Shown piece by piece: positions 42,859 through 56,114 of a stretch of DNA of 57,604 nt. Below the pieces are notes generated by a model that worked only from the letters and a program-made list of their open reading frames with translations, was not told where the DNA came from and did no database searches. The DNA is taken from NCBI GenBank assembly GCA_003971905.1, contig RSEE01000071.1:310001-367604 (forward strand), read 5' to 3'. This DNA is from Moniliella sp. 'wahieum'. Its lineage: Eukaryota. A program made the position numbers and the translations under genes. Position 1 is the first letter of the stretch. Each line of letters begins with the position of its first letter.

Positions 42859-44096
42859 TTAGGTTTTCAAAGCACTTCGCCAAGGTCCCAACTGCTCCGC
42901 TAAAGAGACGAAGTCCTGGCGCGACTCTTCGACCTGGCGCATGATCTCCACCATCGTCGCCATCTGGTTTAGAACTGAACCGATGCCTTGCTTGTACGTG
43001 GTGCGCACTGTCGTGGCTAGCTGTTCAACTGACTTGGCCAGCTCGTCGAGAGAGTGGAAGAGTCTATTGCGCACACGCCCAATCTGGTTGAAGTCAGCCT
43101 CGTTCTCGAACAAAGAGCGCCTGATGAACGTGTAGGACCAGTCACAGGCTGAGGCCGCCAAGAGGTGGATCCGCTGCAGGTCGGCGAGCTGGTTGAGCAC
43201 ATCGGTTTTTCCCTCTTCCTCTTGGCCTTGGCCATCAAACAGTTGAAGCACGAGGAGCTGGATGGTGGCGATAATGCCTTGATTTTCCCTGTTCACTTGC
43301 TCTTCATTTTGGAAAATGGGCAATGCTTCAGGCGGTGGATTGTGCTCCTTCTCAGCCCACCACTGTTGAATGAACTCACAAGGAAGGGGTTCGTGCATCG
43401 ACTCCAAGCAAAACGAAGACGTGTGACCGGCAGGGCAGGTGACGCTCCTGCATGTCTGATTCCCAAAAGCATGAATCCGCTCTGCCACTTGGTCGCACCC
43501 TTCTGATGGGCACCAATGCAGGTCCTTACGAGCTTCGACAAAGGCGCGGTCGAGTTGGAACGGTACTCTCTCACCACGGTCGTGGGAACCAGAGCGGTGA
43601 GCTGTTCCACGCTCACCATTGACTCGCAGTCCATCATTTTGCACATCAGCGGAACCCCGGCCGCCAGTGCACCATCGATCTCAGGTACCGGGTCCAGCAA
43701 GAGGTGCACAGACGGTGGCCACAAGAGCTCAGCGTCATGCTGGAGGGCACGGCCTGAGTTGAGGAAGCTGCCGTGCCTCCACATCCTCCGGGGCAGGAAA
43801 TGTGCCCATGCTTGTCCTGTCAACAGTGTCAGAATGGGTGCCAGTAGGGCTGCGTGGTGCGGGTTGTGCCTGGGGCAGTTTCTCCTCATCCCAGCCGGCC
43901 TGCTGCAGCAACAGCATGGCTTCCGCATGCTGAAAAAGAAGAACGTCAGCGATTCTATCCTGCCGGCTGTATCCTTTCCTGTGTTCAGCTCACGTACCCC
44001 GATCTGTCGTTTGGCAGCGATCTGGGCCACCAGCGCTTCAAGTCGGTTGCGCATGACGTCGGCGCTATGCCAGACCAGACCCGTGGTGGAATTCAT
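42859..44096 (-). CDS. Divergent Ariadne-like RBR protein (UBA-like, RING1, IBR, Ariadne helix; no RING2)
   Basis: LLLQQAGWDEEKL; CPGGC...CGHRLCTSCWTRY...CKMMDC; WCPSEGC...CPAGH...C..SMHEPLPC; ACDWSYTF. Intron at 43930-43997. Confidence 0.8.
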
Positions 44097-45184
44097 CGTA
44101 TATGGATGAGCAAAGTCAGGGCGTGCTGGAGAAGGGGAAGGTGGTCGGGGGGTGGAGGGAGGAGCGTGGCGCAGAAAAGGGGACGGACAGACAGGTAAGG
44201 AAGGTAGAAGCGGCGCAGGTGATGGGCTCTGACCTACTAGCGGGCCTCAGGCCTCATGGCCTCATCATCGATCCGGTTCGCTTATGGTCAGCACGGCTAT
44301 CGCACCACGCATCAAGACTCGCGGACTCGTTTCCCAACCGCACAGCGTCCAACCGGGCGCAGGGGCCACTCACAAGCGGGAGGAGGCCACCTGGGTCCCT
44401 CCGGCGCGTCTAGTATATTCACATCACTGTACTCAATAGTCCTCCGTCAGTCATCACTGCTTAGGACTGTAACAACCAACTCCCACACCATTGCCTGCGC
44501 TGCGTCCCTCCATCGGGGACAAAGGAAGACGTGTATGAATAATGGCCGCCAACAACGCGCGCTGCTTATGGTCGAGAACAGATAATAGCAGCAACGGGGT
44601 GCTGTATGGTATATCGACCCTCTGTTCTGCAGTACTCAGTAAATGCTACTCAGTACTCCGGCAGGTGTGATGCGTACTAGTATCGAGTGGGTCTTTGTGC
44701 GTAGCAGGCAATAGACCAGTCCAGTAGCTACAATAGCGAACGAATGGCACTAGTAGGCGGTCCGCTCTTTCCAGAATGACTCCACCCACTTAGTCTCCAC
44801 TTACGATGTACTTGTATCTATATTTATCACTCATACTGTTGTTCAAGACGAGCAAGATACGGCTTTCCATGCCGACATTTCGCACTTTCGCTGCCATCGA
44901 TCCTCACGCCAGATTGCGCCACACCCACACTTTTCGATAACCTAGACCATAACGACCATTTTCTTCAAGAAAATCGGGTGGGTGCTGATGGTAGCAGAAT
45001 GGGCAAGTCGCACCCAAAGGTGGATGGGATGAGATGGGATAGGGCTCAGGATGGATCTGTTTCTCCCAACGTAAGCAAGCAGGTAAAGATGAGGGAGGCG
45101 TTGAATAGAGGACGACGACAAAGCACATAGATGACGCGGTGAATGTTCCAAGGGGCTATAGGAGTGCCAAATCGAGTTGAAGGA

Positions 45185-46147
45185 TCAAACGATACGCTGC
45201 ACTTCAAAGTGCCTGTGAGCAGGAGTAGCAGAGAGTCAGCACATCACTCTTGTCCTTTCCTGAGGCAGAAAAGAAAACTACTAACCTCTTGACAAAGAAG
45301 ATTTGCACTCCGCACACAGCGGCCAACATGAGCGCCTGAACAATCGACCACGAACGTACGCGCGAGTTGGTGCTCTCGGCAGCTGTGAGGCAGGAAAAGG
45401 GGTTAGTGGTCCGGTTCGTGGATGATACGTTTTCCTGACGAGTGGGACGTACTATTACGATGCAAGCGTTCTCGAACGACGAGGTAAGCCTGCTCATCCT
45501 TGATCGCTTGGCACCAGCAGCCAAGTCCCGCACTTCCCGCTCCACAGGGGACATGTCGCTATCCTCTGCAACGTAGATATGCCATGAACGTTGAAGCTGC
45601 CAACGAAACACGAGTCAGTCACTCTCTCTTTCCTCCTCAGGCCAACTCGTGCCCAATCCCCCTACCACTCACCTGACCGTCTTGTCCCCTGCACTGCTGT
45701 ACTCGTTGAGAAGCAGTACTCGAACCGCCCATCGTACGAGGCGACAAAGGAATAGACCCGGTGTCCTTTCGCAACCGCTCGTACAAAGGGCTCCCTGATG
45801 GATCGGTAAGGGTAGTGTCAATCTCGAGCGGTGAGCCTCCGCCCCTTGGTACGACAGCGTCATCTGCCAAGCGCAACCCAAGTCAGAACGCAGACCTACC
45901 CGAACGAAGGCGGGGGTGGGAGAGAGGAAGGAAATCCACCATAAGGTGTGTTACGAGGCAAAGGAGGAGGGTGTGGCGGATACCGTACCTGGTCCCCAAT
46001 GTTGGAGATCCTCAAAGAAGCAAGCCTTGTCGTGGGGGGCATCTCGACCATGTGGGCCTGCGCAGTGGTGAGGAGCGTGGAGGCCAGCAAAGCGGCCACC
46101 AGGAGCGCGAGGCGAGCCCACATGAAGGATCGGGATATGGGCGGCAT
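45185..46147 (-). CDS. EMP24: p24/Emp24 COPII cargo receptor
   Basis: Signal peptide, GOLD domain (CFFED, DGRFEYCF.NE), coiled coil EQAYLVVRERLHRN, TAESTNSRV, a TM segment, tail FEVQRIV. Four introns, the first at 45864-45988. Confidence 0.9.
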
Positions 46148-46901
46148 GCGTGCTCGTACTCAGTGGTCAGGGTGGGGCAGCTGGAGGCAAGCGCAGGGGG
46201 GTGGGCTACTTTGGCGGCAATGTTTTTTGTTTGGGGCCGAAGAAGCACTTCGGGCGGGGCGTCTGGGGCCGTGTGCAGGGTTTGGCCACGTGACTGGTTG
46301 AAATGGATCGCCACCACGTTTGAAATTGGAATGTGAACGGAGCATCGAGCAGCGCTTTTCGATGATAGTTGCACGATTGCAGATTGACACGTGGAGGATG
46401 GCGGCGCCGTACTACGAATCGGCGACGTAACTCAGCAGGCCGCAAGTACGGATTGGGGCGCGTAGAGACCCGAGAAGAGACAGGAAATGGTGTATTGCCT
46501 TGCACATCAGCTACAAAGGCTAGCGGTTATTTCTTCTCCCCTTAAGAATTTCACCGACTGAAGGGAACCGGGCTACATAGGACTGCCGGCGTCTCAGTCA
46601 CCCAGAGAGTGTGGCACCACAGAGCGCTAACTTTAAAGGGTTCTCACTCCCGCTGGTTGTGAGAGCAGAACATCGTATAGATGGACTAAGAAGCACCTGC
46701 GACTGACTCGTCCAAAGACTAGTGTAAACTAAGTAGGAAGGAGAAAGAAAAACGGGCTGATTATTCACAGCACGTCACTCACAGTACGGTCTGCTGTCTC
46801 CTATAGGACGGGGGTGTCAGCAACCTAGAAGAGCGCAGAGAGAGGGCACACCACTGCTAGGGGGCGGGGGAGGGTTGCGCATGTGTCCCAAATTCCAAGG
46901 C

Positions 46902-46943
46902 TGGGTGGATGGATATTGCATTGGGTGGATGGATATTGCATTG
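46902..46943. repeat. Perfect 20-bp tandem duplication (TGGGTGGATGGATATTGCAT)2
   Basis: Directly visible. Confidence 0.9.
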
Positions 46944-48639
46944 ATCGGCATTGTACCGTGGCCAATCCCTTTGAAAAGTCGGTTGATCCGTTTTTGGTCC
47001 AACTATATATTATACTTTTGTCCAACCAACGACCTTCTGCCAGTTTGGATTATCGCTTCTGGGGCACTTTTTATTGTCTCCCATACGGGATGTGCCGTGA
47101 GTATCAAGTTCACCTGTCCGATTGGCTCCATCTCTCCGTCTTCTATATCTTCCGGTTGCGCGCCTGTAGTACAACCCATGGTGACGATGAGATCTCTGCG
47201 CCGCTTGGCTGAGCCGCACAATCACCCCTTACCGAGTAGGTCAACGATGGAGACGATCCGCAAGAGGTCCACAGGAGGTCATTGTGTCGCGCCATACCGG
47301 TCAAGGCGGACGTCTTGAAGAGCGCCGACCCTTTGTTCCGGCTCGGTGCGATGTACCCTATGCCCCGACAAGTCTATTTCCCGCGCACGTCTCATCATGC
47401 CTCAGTTCTTCTGTTGAGCCATCGGGTGGCTCGTGCTTTGGCCAATGCCCCTTCATTCCTCCTCAGGCCTGAGAGTTCTGTTGTTTTCTCTCTCCTGTTT
47501 TCCTTGTTCCGCACCTTGGCCCCTGGTGGCGACTCGCTGCTTGATGTTTCTCTATAGGCCTTGCTGTGGTTGACATAAACGACGACTACCACCAGTGCGA
47601 TTGCATCACCCTCGAGGACCATCCGGACTTCAGGTCTCATCATCTTCGCCTTCTCCAAACTCCGGGGAAGCGAGGTCTGAGAGGCGGCAATGTCGCCGAT
47701 TGTGACTGAGCTCACTTCAAGCTTCAATTTCCATTCTGCGTGCCGTGCATTTCTGGCTCTCCCTTTCCCTTTTGTCCTTGCTCCCGAGTAAATGAGGCTC
47801 AAAAGTGGTGACCCACAAGGCTTCCAAAACGTCTGGCGAGAAACAAACAGGGAGAGAGAATACCGAAAATGGTGGGAGCCGGCGGGGGTTCACAACCTAC
47901 TGCTAGCGAGCGAAACTCTCTCACCTGACTATAAGCGAGCGTCACTGATCTCAACTTGAGAAGCGAGCAGGAGAACGCACAAGCACCGAGATACCCACGC
48001 TTTACACAGTAACTACCTTTGGGTTCTCCTCGCTAACTTGTTGCAGTCCCTCGTCTCCCCGTCTTAAGGCATTCGTTTCGTCTTCCTTATTCCTGGAGTG
48101 TGTGGTCCGAAAAATACAGTTCGTGCCTTTACTATACGGCCTAAGAATGAAAGAACCTATGGATCTGATGATCGATGAAGGTCCAACGGCTTCACAGCTT
48201 CACCAGCACAGCATGTTGTAGCCTGTTGCTATTTTTCTACTTACTATCATACTTTCACTCTAATAACCTGTTGCTTTTGCTACTTACCATACTGCATCCA
48301 TAACATTGACAAAGCTTAAGGCTGGGACAGGGAAACGAACCGAACCGCTCTCATCTCGCGTGCGTCACTTGGTAGCGCCACCACTGCCAGGGAACCAGGG
48401 GATCGCCAGGATATCAGGACCTTCTGGTTCTCGCCATCCATCCGTCCCGTACCGAGGTAGTGCGTGTGGACACGGATGATCGTGGTAGACATCCGAGTGA
48501 GGAACCATTTCCATTGAGATTCTTTCACTCCCACGTGTTTTACTCTGTGCACCATGTGCAACAGATAGGAAAATTCATGTCAAGCCATATGCAAAATGGG
48601 CCCTGAATTTGTTCTTACTGTGGCCCCCCTGTGCCCCCA

Positions 48640-50730
48640 CCGGCCCAAGGAGGGACTTCATGCACTTCATGCATCATGCAAGCGTCATGACGGGGTTCCT
48701 TTGTTTGTCGATGGCATCGCACCTTAATGGCCTTAATACTAGACCTTCGTCTGCAGAGCCTTGTTCCAGGTAGGCATGTCGTCCCACATCACGTGTCACA
48801 TGTCACACCTTTACAGTTAGCTACGTGAAGACACCTCTTCCCTTGATTAGTGACTAGCGATTTGACTTACTCCCTGGCCGGCTGCCCCCCTAACTAAGTA
48901 CCAAGGACCAAGGCCTATGGCCTAAGGTTACCATTTACGGATAGGTCTAAGGCTAATGCCTAAAGAGGGTCGTCGGCCGACCGTTGTCTTGCATAATATG
49001 CCGCACAACCCATTGCACGTTCCAGGACAGGAAAATGGGTCAGAGGTAGGCACGGGGGCAGTGTGGCATGTTCACCGATGCGGCGCCGCGCGCTGATCGA
49101 GGATCAGTGATCGATGCCATCGATGCCATCGATTATAACTGCAATCGCGAATCGTAATCGATGATCGCGATCATCCACAAGTGACGGATTCACTCTACTC
49201 AATGGCCGCACAGCGATATCCTCGCCAGCGGCCCATCTGATCCATTCGTCATATTCAATCGTCAATAGGCCGAGGTTGCATTGGGAGAAAGGGGGAGCAC
49301 GACGGATGCTGAGATCGATAATCGATCTGTAGCCTGGATTCGGTCTGTGGGGCCGGGGACGGATGAAAGATCAAATTCAAAAACGCCCTGTGGGATCTGA
49401 TAGATCTGATAGCGAGGTGGCAAAATGATTGGCTTGAAGCTTGAAGAGCACGACAACAGAAGCTATGTATATGAAGCGATCGATGGGCCATGTGATGTGG
49501 CATGTGACATGGGCATGCCAAGTGTGATTTCCCACAGGACCAGCCGCACCCTGCCCGCGTGCCTGCCTCGCTCATCGATCATCGCCCTCGCACCCTCGGC
49601 TTGCTTTCTCAGAACTCGCACTGCGGTATCAGACTGAGTATCAGACTGACACAATCAGATCTGGATTCGCACGCGAGCTGGTCCTTGTCATCTGATCGCG
49701 ATCATCGGCCAGCGCTGCAACCACCCCGCCCCAGCGACCAACTTTCAACCGCCGCTGCTGGGGGCGGCAGGGCGCTAGTGTCCGCACCCGAGACATTGCG
49801 TCCCTCGCTCCCTCGCACATGTGCCCTCCCCTCGGCGAAGACTCGCGTACTGCATGCGTTTTAGTGTGTCTCTCGCAGTGCGCTTGCTTAATGAGATGGC
49901 AGAGCTTAGTTGGCACCGCTTCATCTTCCATCTCACATCTCACATCTCGCCCCCAATCACCAGCCCGCCTGCGTTGGTGTGCTTCCAACCCACCCACCCA
50001 CACTGCAGCTCCCGCCCGTCTCCAGGGGTTTCAGCTCCCAGCAGTAGCTGTCATGTTGGCAGCGAAAAAGACCGCATGCTATTTCTCCTCCTGTAACATC
50101 AGTTCTGGCTCACAGCGCGCACCCTCTCGCCGCATGATACTGGCTTGGAGCCTGCCCAGCACTCTTTTTCCCGCATCAGGCACCTCCTCTGTACATCCCA
50201 CCAATATCCACCACTGACAATGGTTAATGGTGCGTGCCCTACGTTCCTGTCTTGTCCGAAACTGTCGGGGATGGCGCGTGTGTATAACCGCACAAAGCCA
50301 GTAGAAGTGGAGGAGCAGGAGGGGACGAGGAACAAGGAGGATAGGGTGCAGAGACTCGACCCTTTTCGATTTGCAACCATTAATCACTACCCTTACAATA
50401 TAGGGATGCTACTAGTCACTTGACCAGAGTCTTTTTCATCCCCATTCTTCTCGCGCTTGAGCGCTTGAGCTCGACACGCCAAGACGTGCCCCTGAAGCTT
50501 CCCGCTTCAAGCCTCAAACCTCTCAGACCTCGTGCTTCCGGACTTCAGTTCCGATCTGTCATCAACGTTCGACGTTCAACAGCTCTCCCACCGCTCCTGT
50601 CGCTTCGCCTACCCCATGTGCTACATGTACCCGCTGGCCTCGCATGTCTCACGCGTTCCACACCAAAACGGTGTGCCTGCCGCTCTGAGCGCCTGAGCGG
50701 CCTGAGGCCTGAGGCCTGAGGCCTGACGGT
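48640..50730. repeat. Dispersed cluster of 7-bp palindrome-unit arrays upstream of the ferric reductase
   Basis: TCA-TGCA-TCA at about 48667, TCA-CATG-TCA at about 48796, TAA-TCGA-TGA at 49155-49164, TGA-AGCT-TGA at about 49435, TCA-ACGT at about 50562, (TGAGGCC)3 at 50703-50726. Confidence 0.8.
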
Positions 50731-51126
50731 CGCACCCTGCCTCTCTCCTCGTCACCCATCTCTGTTTCGTACCTTGAATTTTTTGATGTCGGAGCTACCT
50801 GGAGGCAGAGAGGCTGTACTTGATACCAACCTGTTGAGCCGCTCGCCGTGCATCGCCTCACCGATACTCTCCTCCATCTCCCCGAAGAAAGCCACGGCAC
50901 TACTCCTGTGAACATCTGTCTCCGTACCGGAACAGAACTTACCCGCGTGACAGCATAACCGCCATCCGACTGTCTTGGTACTTAAGTACCTGTCACACGC
51001 TCCCTCGAACTGTCGCCTCCACTTTTCCCTTGGCCGCATCCCTGCACATCCCACAGTACAAAACGAGCGCATCCCTCTCCCCTGTTCGTGAGCACCATCC
51101 CCTCCCCACCCTCAATTTCGGTCGAC

Positions 51127-53363
51127 ATGGTTCAGAACCCATGGGAATTATCCGGCAAAGCCTTGAAGGCGATTGCGGCAGCCAAACCAGCGGACAAGCC
51201 CATCTTGGCCAAAATTACCACGTCTATTTGAATGACCGTTTCAGGTCGGTTCGGTGGCTGGGTAGGGATCCTTCCTGTGATGGCTTTGAGCCCGGTACCA
51301 ACATGGTTTCTGATACGTTTTGTTTTGTTTTCTTTCTTTCTTTTGTTTTCTTGGGGTTCGTACAGCTGGGCGATCCTAGGCGTGTTTGGAACCGTCATCC
51401 TATTGGTGGCCTTTCTGCGGCTCCTTCGCTACCTGCTGCACCGGACCCTCGTCAGGAGAAAAGACACGTGGGTGGGACGGTTGTTCAAGACGCACCTGCT
51501 CGAGGCGCCTGTGGTAGGGGAAAAGCGGGCGGCACCATACACGACACGAAACGGGGCCTTAATTCTTCGTGCTCCCGGACGCATTCATACAGTTGCCATC
51601 TTTGCGCTGGTGGTGACCAACGTGGTGACCTCGTTTGCTTTTTACCACCACCTTCCCGCCAACGAGAGGAAGACCAAGGTCGTTGGCACGCCCACGAACC
51701 AAAAGTGCGCTCTTTCGCCGATCGGACAGCGATGCTCTGCATGGCCCAATTGCCCCTCATCTTTTTGTTTAGTGGGCGCAGTGGGCCGCTTCCCCTCTTG
51801 ACTGGGTGCAGCTACAACACCATGATGCTCTACCACCGTTGGTTGGGGCGGATCGTCACTGTGCTCTGCTTAGGCCATGCCATTGCGTTCACGTGGGTCC
51901 ATGCTGCCCAAGGCGGGTTCCGCGCATGGTTCTTCCAACGTTATATATCGTGGGGAATCGTCTCGATCTCCTTCTTCTTTTGCGCATGCGTTTTCTCCTA
52001 CACTGCATTCCGTCGGTTCTCTTACGAAGTACGTCTCATTCTTGTCCCCAATTTACTGGGCGCTCCAGACTGACTAAACTCCCGTTCTTCCCACCAAAGC
52101 TTTTCCTCCTGCTACACATTACCTTTGTCACTTGGTCCTTCATTGCTCTTTGGCGACACATCCAAGAAAAGCAAGGCCTCTCTTCGTCTTACATGACCTA
52201 CATGTTCGCAACCCTGGCATTCTGGGTCTTTGACATTCTTGCCCGCTTCCTCCGCCTCCTCCTCGCCAACTTTTCCCTTTCCTCCTCGGGCGCACGGATG
52301 ACCAAGGCCACCGCACGCGCCTTGCCCGATGGCACAGTGCACATCCGCGTCCACCCAGCCGGAAAGGCAGCCCACAGCCTTCTCGCTCCTCGGGCCGGAC
52401 AGCACGTGTACATTAACCTACCCAGCATCCAGTTCGGTTCCTTGCACCCAGTCACCGTGGTCTCGGGGGGAAAGAGGCGGATCGGACCTACTTTGATCTG
52501 TGTCTTCGTCCGCACAAGGGCTTCACCCAAAGCCTCTCCCAACGCCTCGTTTCAAACCACAACACGCTCGAATGCTCTGCCTTGGTGGAAGGGCCGTACG
52601 GGCACCACGTACGCACCGAAGGCTACACTCACCTCGTACTCATGGCCGCTGGGATCGGGGTCACACATACACTCAGTGTGCTGTTGGATACGTTGCGTAC
52701 CTATGCCAGCGTGGCGACCAGGAAGCCCCCCTGGCACAAACATCACCTTGGTCTGGGTCTTTCGGGAACCGCAGACGTTTTACATTGCTCTTCCGTACTT
52801 GCGCGCAGCGGTCGAGGAATTGGAACAGGCCCAGGTGCCTCTCGAAGGAGTCAACATTTCCATCCGTGCATTTGTCACGGACAAGCCAGTGGGATCGGTA
52901 TTGGCACCCTCTTCGGCCGCAGGGACACCCGGTTCGCCCGCCCGATTCCTTCTCTTTCCTCACCAGGCGATGAGAAGACAGACAAGGCGGCCGAAGCGGA
53001 AGCCGAAGCGGACGAGGAACAAGGACTGCCCCAGCTGCCCCACAAACGCGCTATCAGTGGGTTGGACGAGACGGTGGCCCAAGTGGAGGAAGAAGTATTG
53101 TCCTCCTTGGCTCAACACACTGAAGATGTCAGTGCGGATCTGCGCGTGATCCGGCGCTTGTGTCACTTGACCTTTACCCAGGGCCGGCCCGACGTGGAAG
53201 TCGAGATGCGAAGCTGTTTTCGACTACGAACGCGCGCCCCGGACGTAGTTTGGTCGTTTCTTGTGGCTCAGCACCGTTTGCCGACCGGGTCCGCGCTGCG
53301 GTCTTGGCCATGCGGTCCGAGACCAAGGGACTGGACTTGGATGAGGAGGTGTTTGCATGGTGA
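51127..53363 (+). CDS. Ferric/cupric reductase (FRE family flavocytochrome)
   Basis: QLPLIFLFSGR, heme His motifs YHRWLGR and LGHA, YE|LFLLLH, FAD-site HPVTV, VEGPYG, NADPH-site AAGIGVT, GRPD, SCGSAPFAD, EEVFAW. Introns about 51245-51365 and 52029-52099. Confidence 0.9.
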
Positions 53364-54508
53364 ACTCAACCGGGGAGCACCCAGCGGTTTCAGCTGTATG
53401 GGCAACCTCCGCTGACGGTAGCCTAACGGTAAGACGTGCTGCGAGAGCAGCGATGCATATGTCATGTAACGGATTATTTACACTGCATTTGTCACCGCAC
53501 GAAGAGAAGCGGCACCAACCCGGGCTGGGGGCGGCAGTTCAGCGAGGTACATGCTTCATAGAGACTGGAAGGTAATAGTGACCTCGGCCGGTCTGCTTCG
53601 GACGGATGAAACATGTTGATCAATCATATATCTCCAATACCCAAGTCTTCCCTTTCACTCGCTCGTATCCCTGATGCCCCGTCGTTTTGCCCGGTGTCAC
53701 GGGCGAAGGCGGGTGGTAATCCCGGCGGAACCTACGCGCGCCCTTCGCCTTTCTAACCCCTTCCCCAGATTGGTCATGGGGTTAGATTCGATTTGATCCG
53801 ATCTCAGCTGAGGCGCTGAGGCCTGAAGGCCGTCCGCGATTACAAGTCTACGTATCCGGGCAACAATAGTCTCCTTTGGCCCTAGTGAATTGAGAACCTC
53901 TTCAGTTTTGCGGTTTCCCCCAGTTTCCGTTGTCCTTGCTACGCTAGTCGCCCGTGTCTGACGGGGGAACACTTGCTACAGAAATACTGCCCATGTTGAC
54001 ACCCGTGCGGCGCTCTCCCAAGGCCTGCACATCAGCAGCGTCCTCGGCGGAAAGCCAACGTCAATGATAGAACCATCCTCGACGCATCGGATCGTTACTC
54101 TGACGGACCAAGTAGGAAGAGTGACATTGGGTCTGCAACCGGGCTGTGGACGGCACCGGTTGAACCGCGTTGGCGGCAGGCGGAGCAGTGCGCTGTTACA
54201 GCTAAGTGTAGGGCCAGGTGGCACAGTGACCGGTGTGCTCGGTTCCGTTTTCACATAGAATCGTGCAGACGGCGCTATTGACCGCACTGGGGGTCGGGAG
54301 GTCCACGTGCCGCATCAGTCGCGGCTCACCACATTCGGTATATCTTCAATCAGAGAGGAGGCCGCCGCTCTGTCAGTACAGAGCCCTCAACTATATCACG
54401 GAGACGATAGCCAGGTGCCGCCTTTCGTATGCCAAGAAGGACTCACGGAGGATGTCCCATTTCCGACAGGGCTAAATACAACTCGTCGTGGGTGACAGGG
54501 CGGCCGAA

Positions 54509-55399
54509 ATGGGCGTGGTCAACCTTGTTACGGGTCTCGGACCAGGCGCAGGAAGCGAGATTGCCGAGCACATGGGTATTGACAAGGTATCCTTTACCGC
54601 TCCACACGTGTTCGGACGCATGGTGATGCAAACGGCCGCCAGTACCAACCTCAAAAAGGTAACCCTGGAGCTGGGTGGCAAATCCCCCGTGGTAGTGCTG
54701 GACGATGCCGATTTGGACCAGGCGCTTTCATGGTGCCCACTGGGCGCTACCCTTCAACACGGGCCAGGCCTGCTGTGCCGGATCGCGGATCTATGTGGCC
54801 GAGAAACTTTATGAGCCTTTCCGCGCTGGCCTCAAGGCGAGGTTTGAGGCTATCAAGGTGGGTGACCCGTTTGACCGGTCTATACCTTTCTCGGCCCTCT
54901 GATAAGCGAGGTTCAATATGACCGCCTCATGAAGTACATTTAGACTGGCAAGGCCGAAGGGTGCCTGGTGACGGTGGCAATCCTTTGCCGGAGGAGCGGT
55001 ACGTTGGAAATGGCAATAAGGTGAACGGGTGGTTCATTGCGCCCACTATCTTTTCGATACCTCTGAGGACTCGGTGATCAATCGCGAGGAAATCTTTGGT
55101 CCAGTGGTGGTTGTGCACAAGTTCAAGGATCACGACGAGCTGGTGCACAAGCCAACGATTCCATGTACGGCTTGGCCGCTGGCATATTTTCCCGCGACAT
55201 CTCCAAGGTGCTTAAGACGGCCCACTCCCTCGAGGCGGGCTCGGTATGGATCAACACGTACCTCGCCTTGTCGGCCCAAGTGCCGGCTGGTGGGTACAAG
55301 GCATCAGGGATTGGCCGTGAAGGCTCGGCATACGGTCTGGAAAGTTATGTTCAGGTTAAGGCGGTTTCGATCAACATTGATGCGCCCAACCCCTTCTAA
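54509..55399 (+). pseudogene. 5'-truncated aldehyde dehydrogenase (C-terminal ~60%)
   Basis: Similarity starts abruptly at GVVNLVTGLG, then DKVSFT, TLELGGKSP, GQACCAGSRI, EEIFGPVV, YGLAAGIF, GGYKASGIGRE. No PWNFP or GN..VLKP N-terminal motifs seen upstream. Confidence 0.7.
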
Positions 55400-56114
55400 A
55401 GCCACAGCAAAGCAAATGGCTCACTGAAGAACTATCAAGCAGTCCAATGCTCCTCTGGGCCTCTGTTCGTCCAGAGCCCCTCTTTTGGTGTCTACTTCTC
55501 TCATACTGCTCCTGCGTTCCTGAAGTATCCGAAACAAAGTGGGATGCCGGCACTGCATGGTACCCGTGGTTTTCTCCATTTTACTATGCCAGCGAGCATT
55601 TAGGTGCCGCACACGGTAGTGAAAGAGAGGGTCATATATGAATCTTCATTATGATCTGTTTCGACATTTGAAGAAAGCACTGGTACGGAGCCCGCTTACA
55701 ACTAAAGAACCAACTGCGTAAACACGGTAGCATGCGCTCTCTATAGATAGAGGAAACATGAAAGGCTGATGCACAGCAAATCATCTTGTGGCGCAAACGC
55801 TGCCTGCCACAGTCAGGGCTAAGCGAGAGAGGCCAGGGTCGAGACTATAGGTGAGATTTTCGCCTACTGGAGGTGACGGTCTCCCCCTACCGAGCGTTGC
55901 CCACGATGGATGCGCCCTCCACTCCACCGATCCAGCTGCAATAGTCCCAGCCAGGAAGTAAGTAGTAACCCTAATGCCCGTACAGAAAGTCGATGTAGGG
56001 AAATTGCGGCCACACGTCACATGTCACCCATGGCCATCATGCATCACGGCGTCAAATCTGCGTGTCACATGTCACATGTCACACAACATTGTTGCCGCCC
56101 CGTGCGCTGCCAGC

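Noticed and set aside
53976..54500. Retroelement remnant on the minus strand upstream of the ALDH fragment
   Set aside because: Short protein-like stretches, but no RT, integrase or transposase motif, terminal repeats or target-site duplication that I can support.
55966..55974. TAACCCTAA as a telomerase-RNA template or telomere seed
   Set aside because: A single 9-mer with no other supportable TER elements. It is more simply another AACCCTA promoter-type motif or chance.
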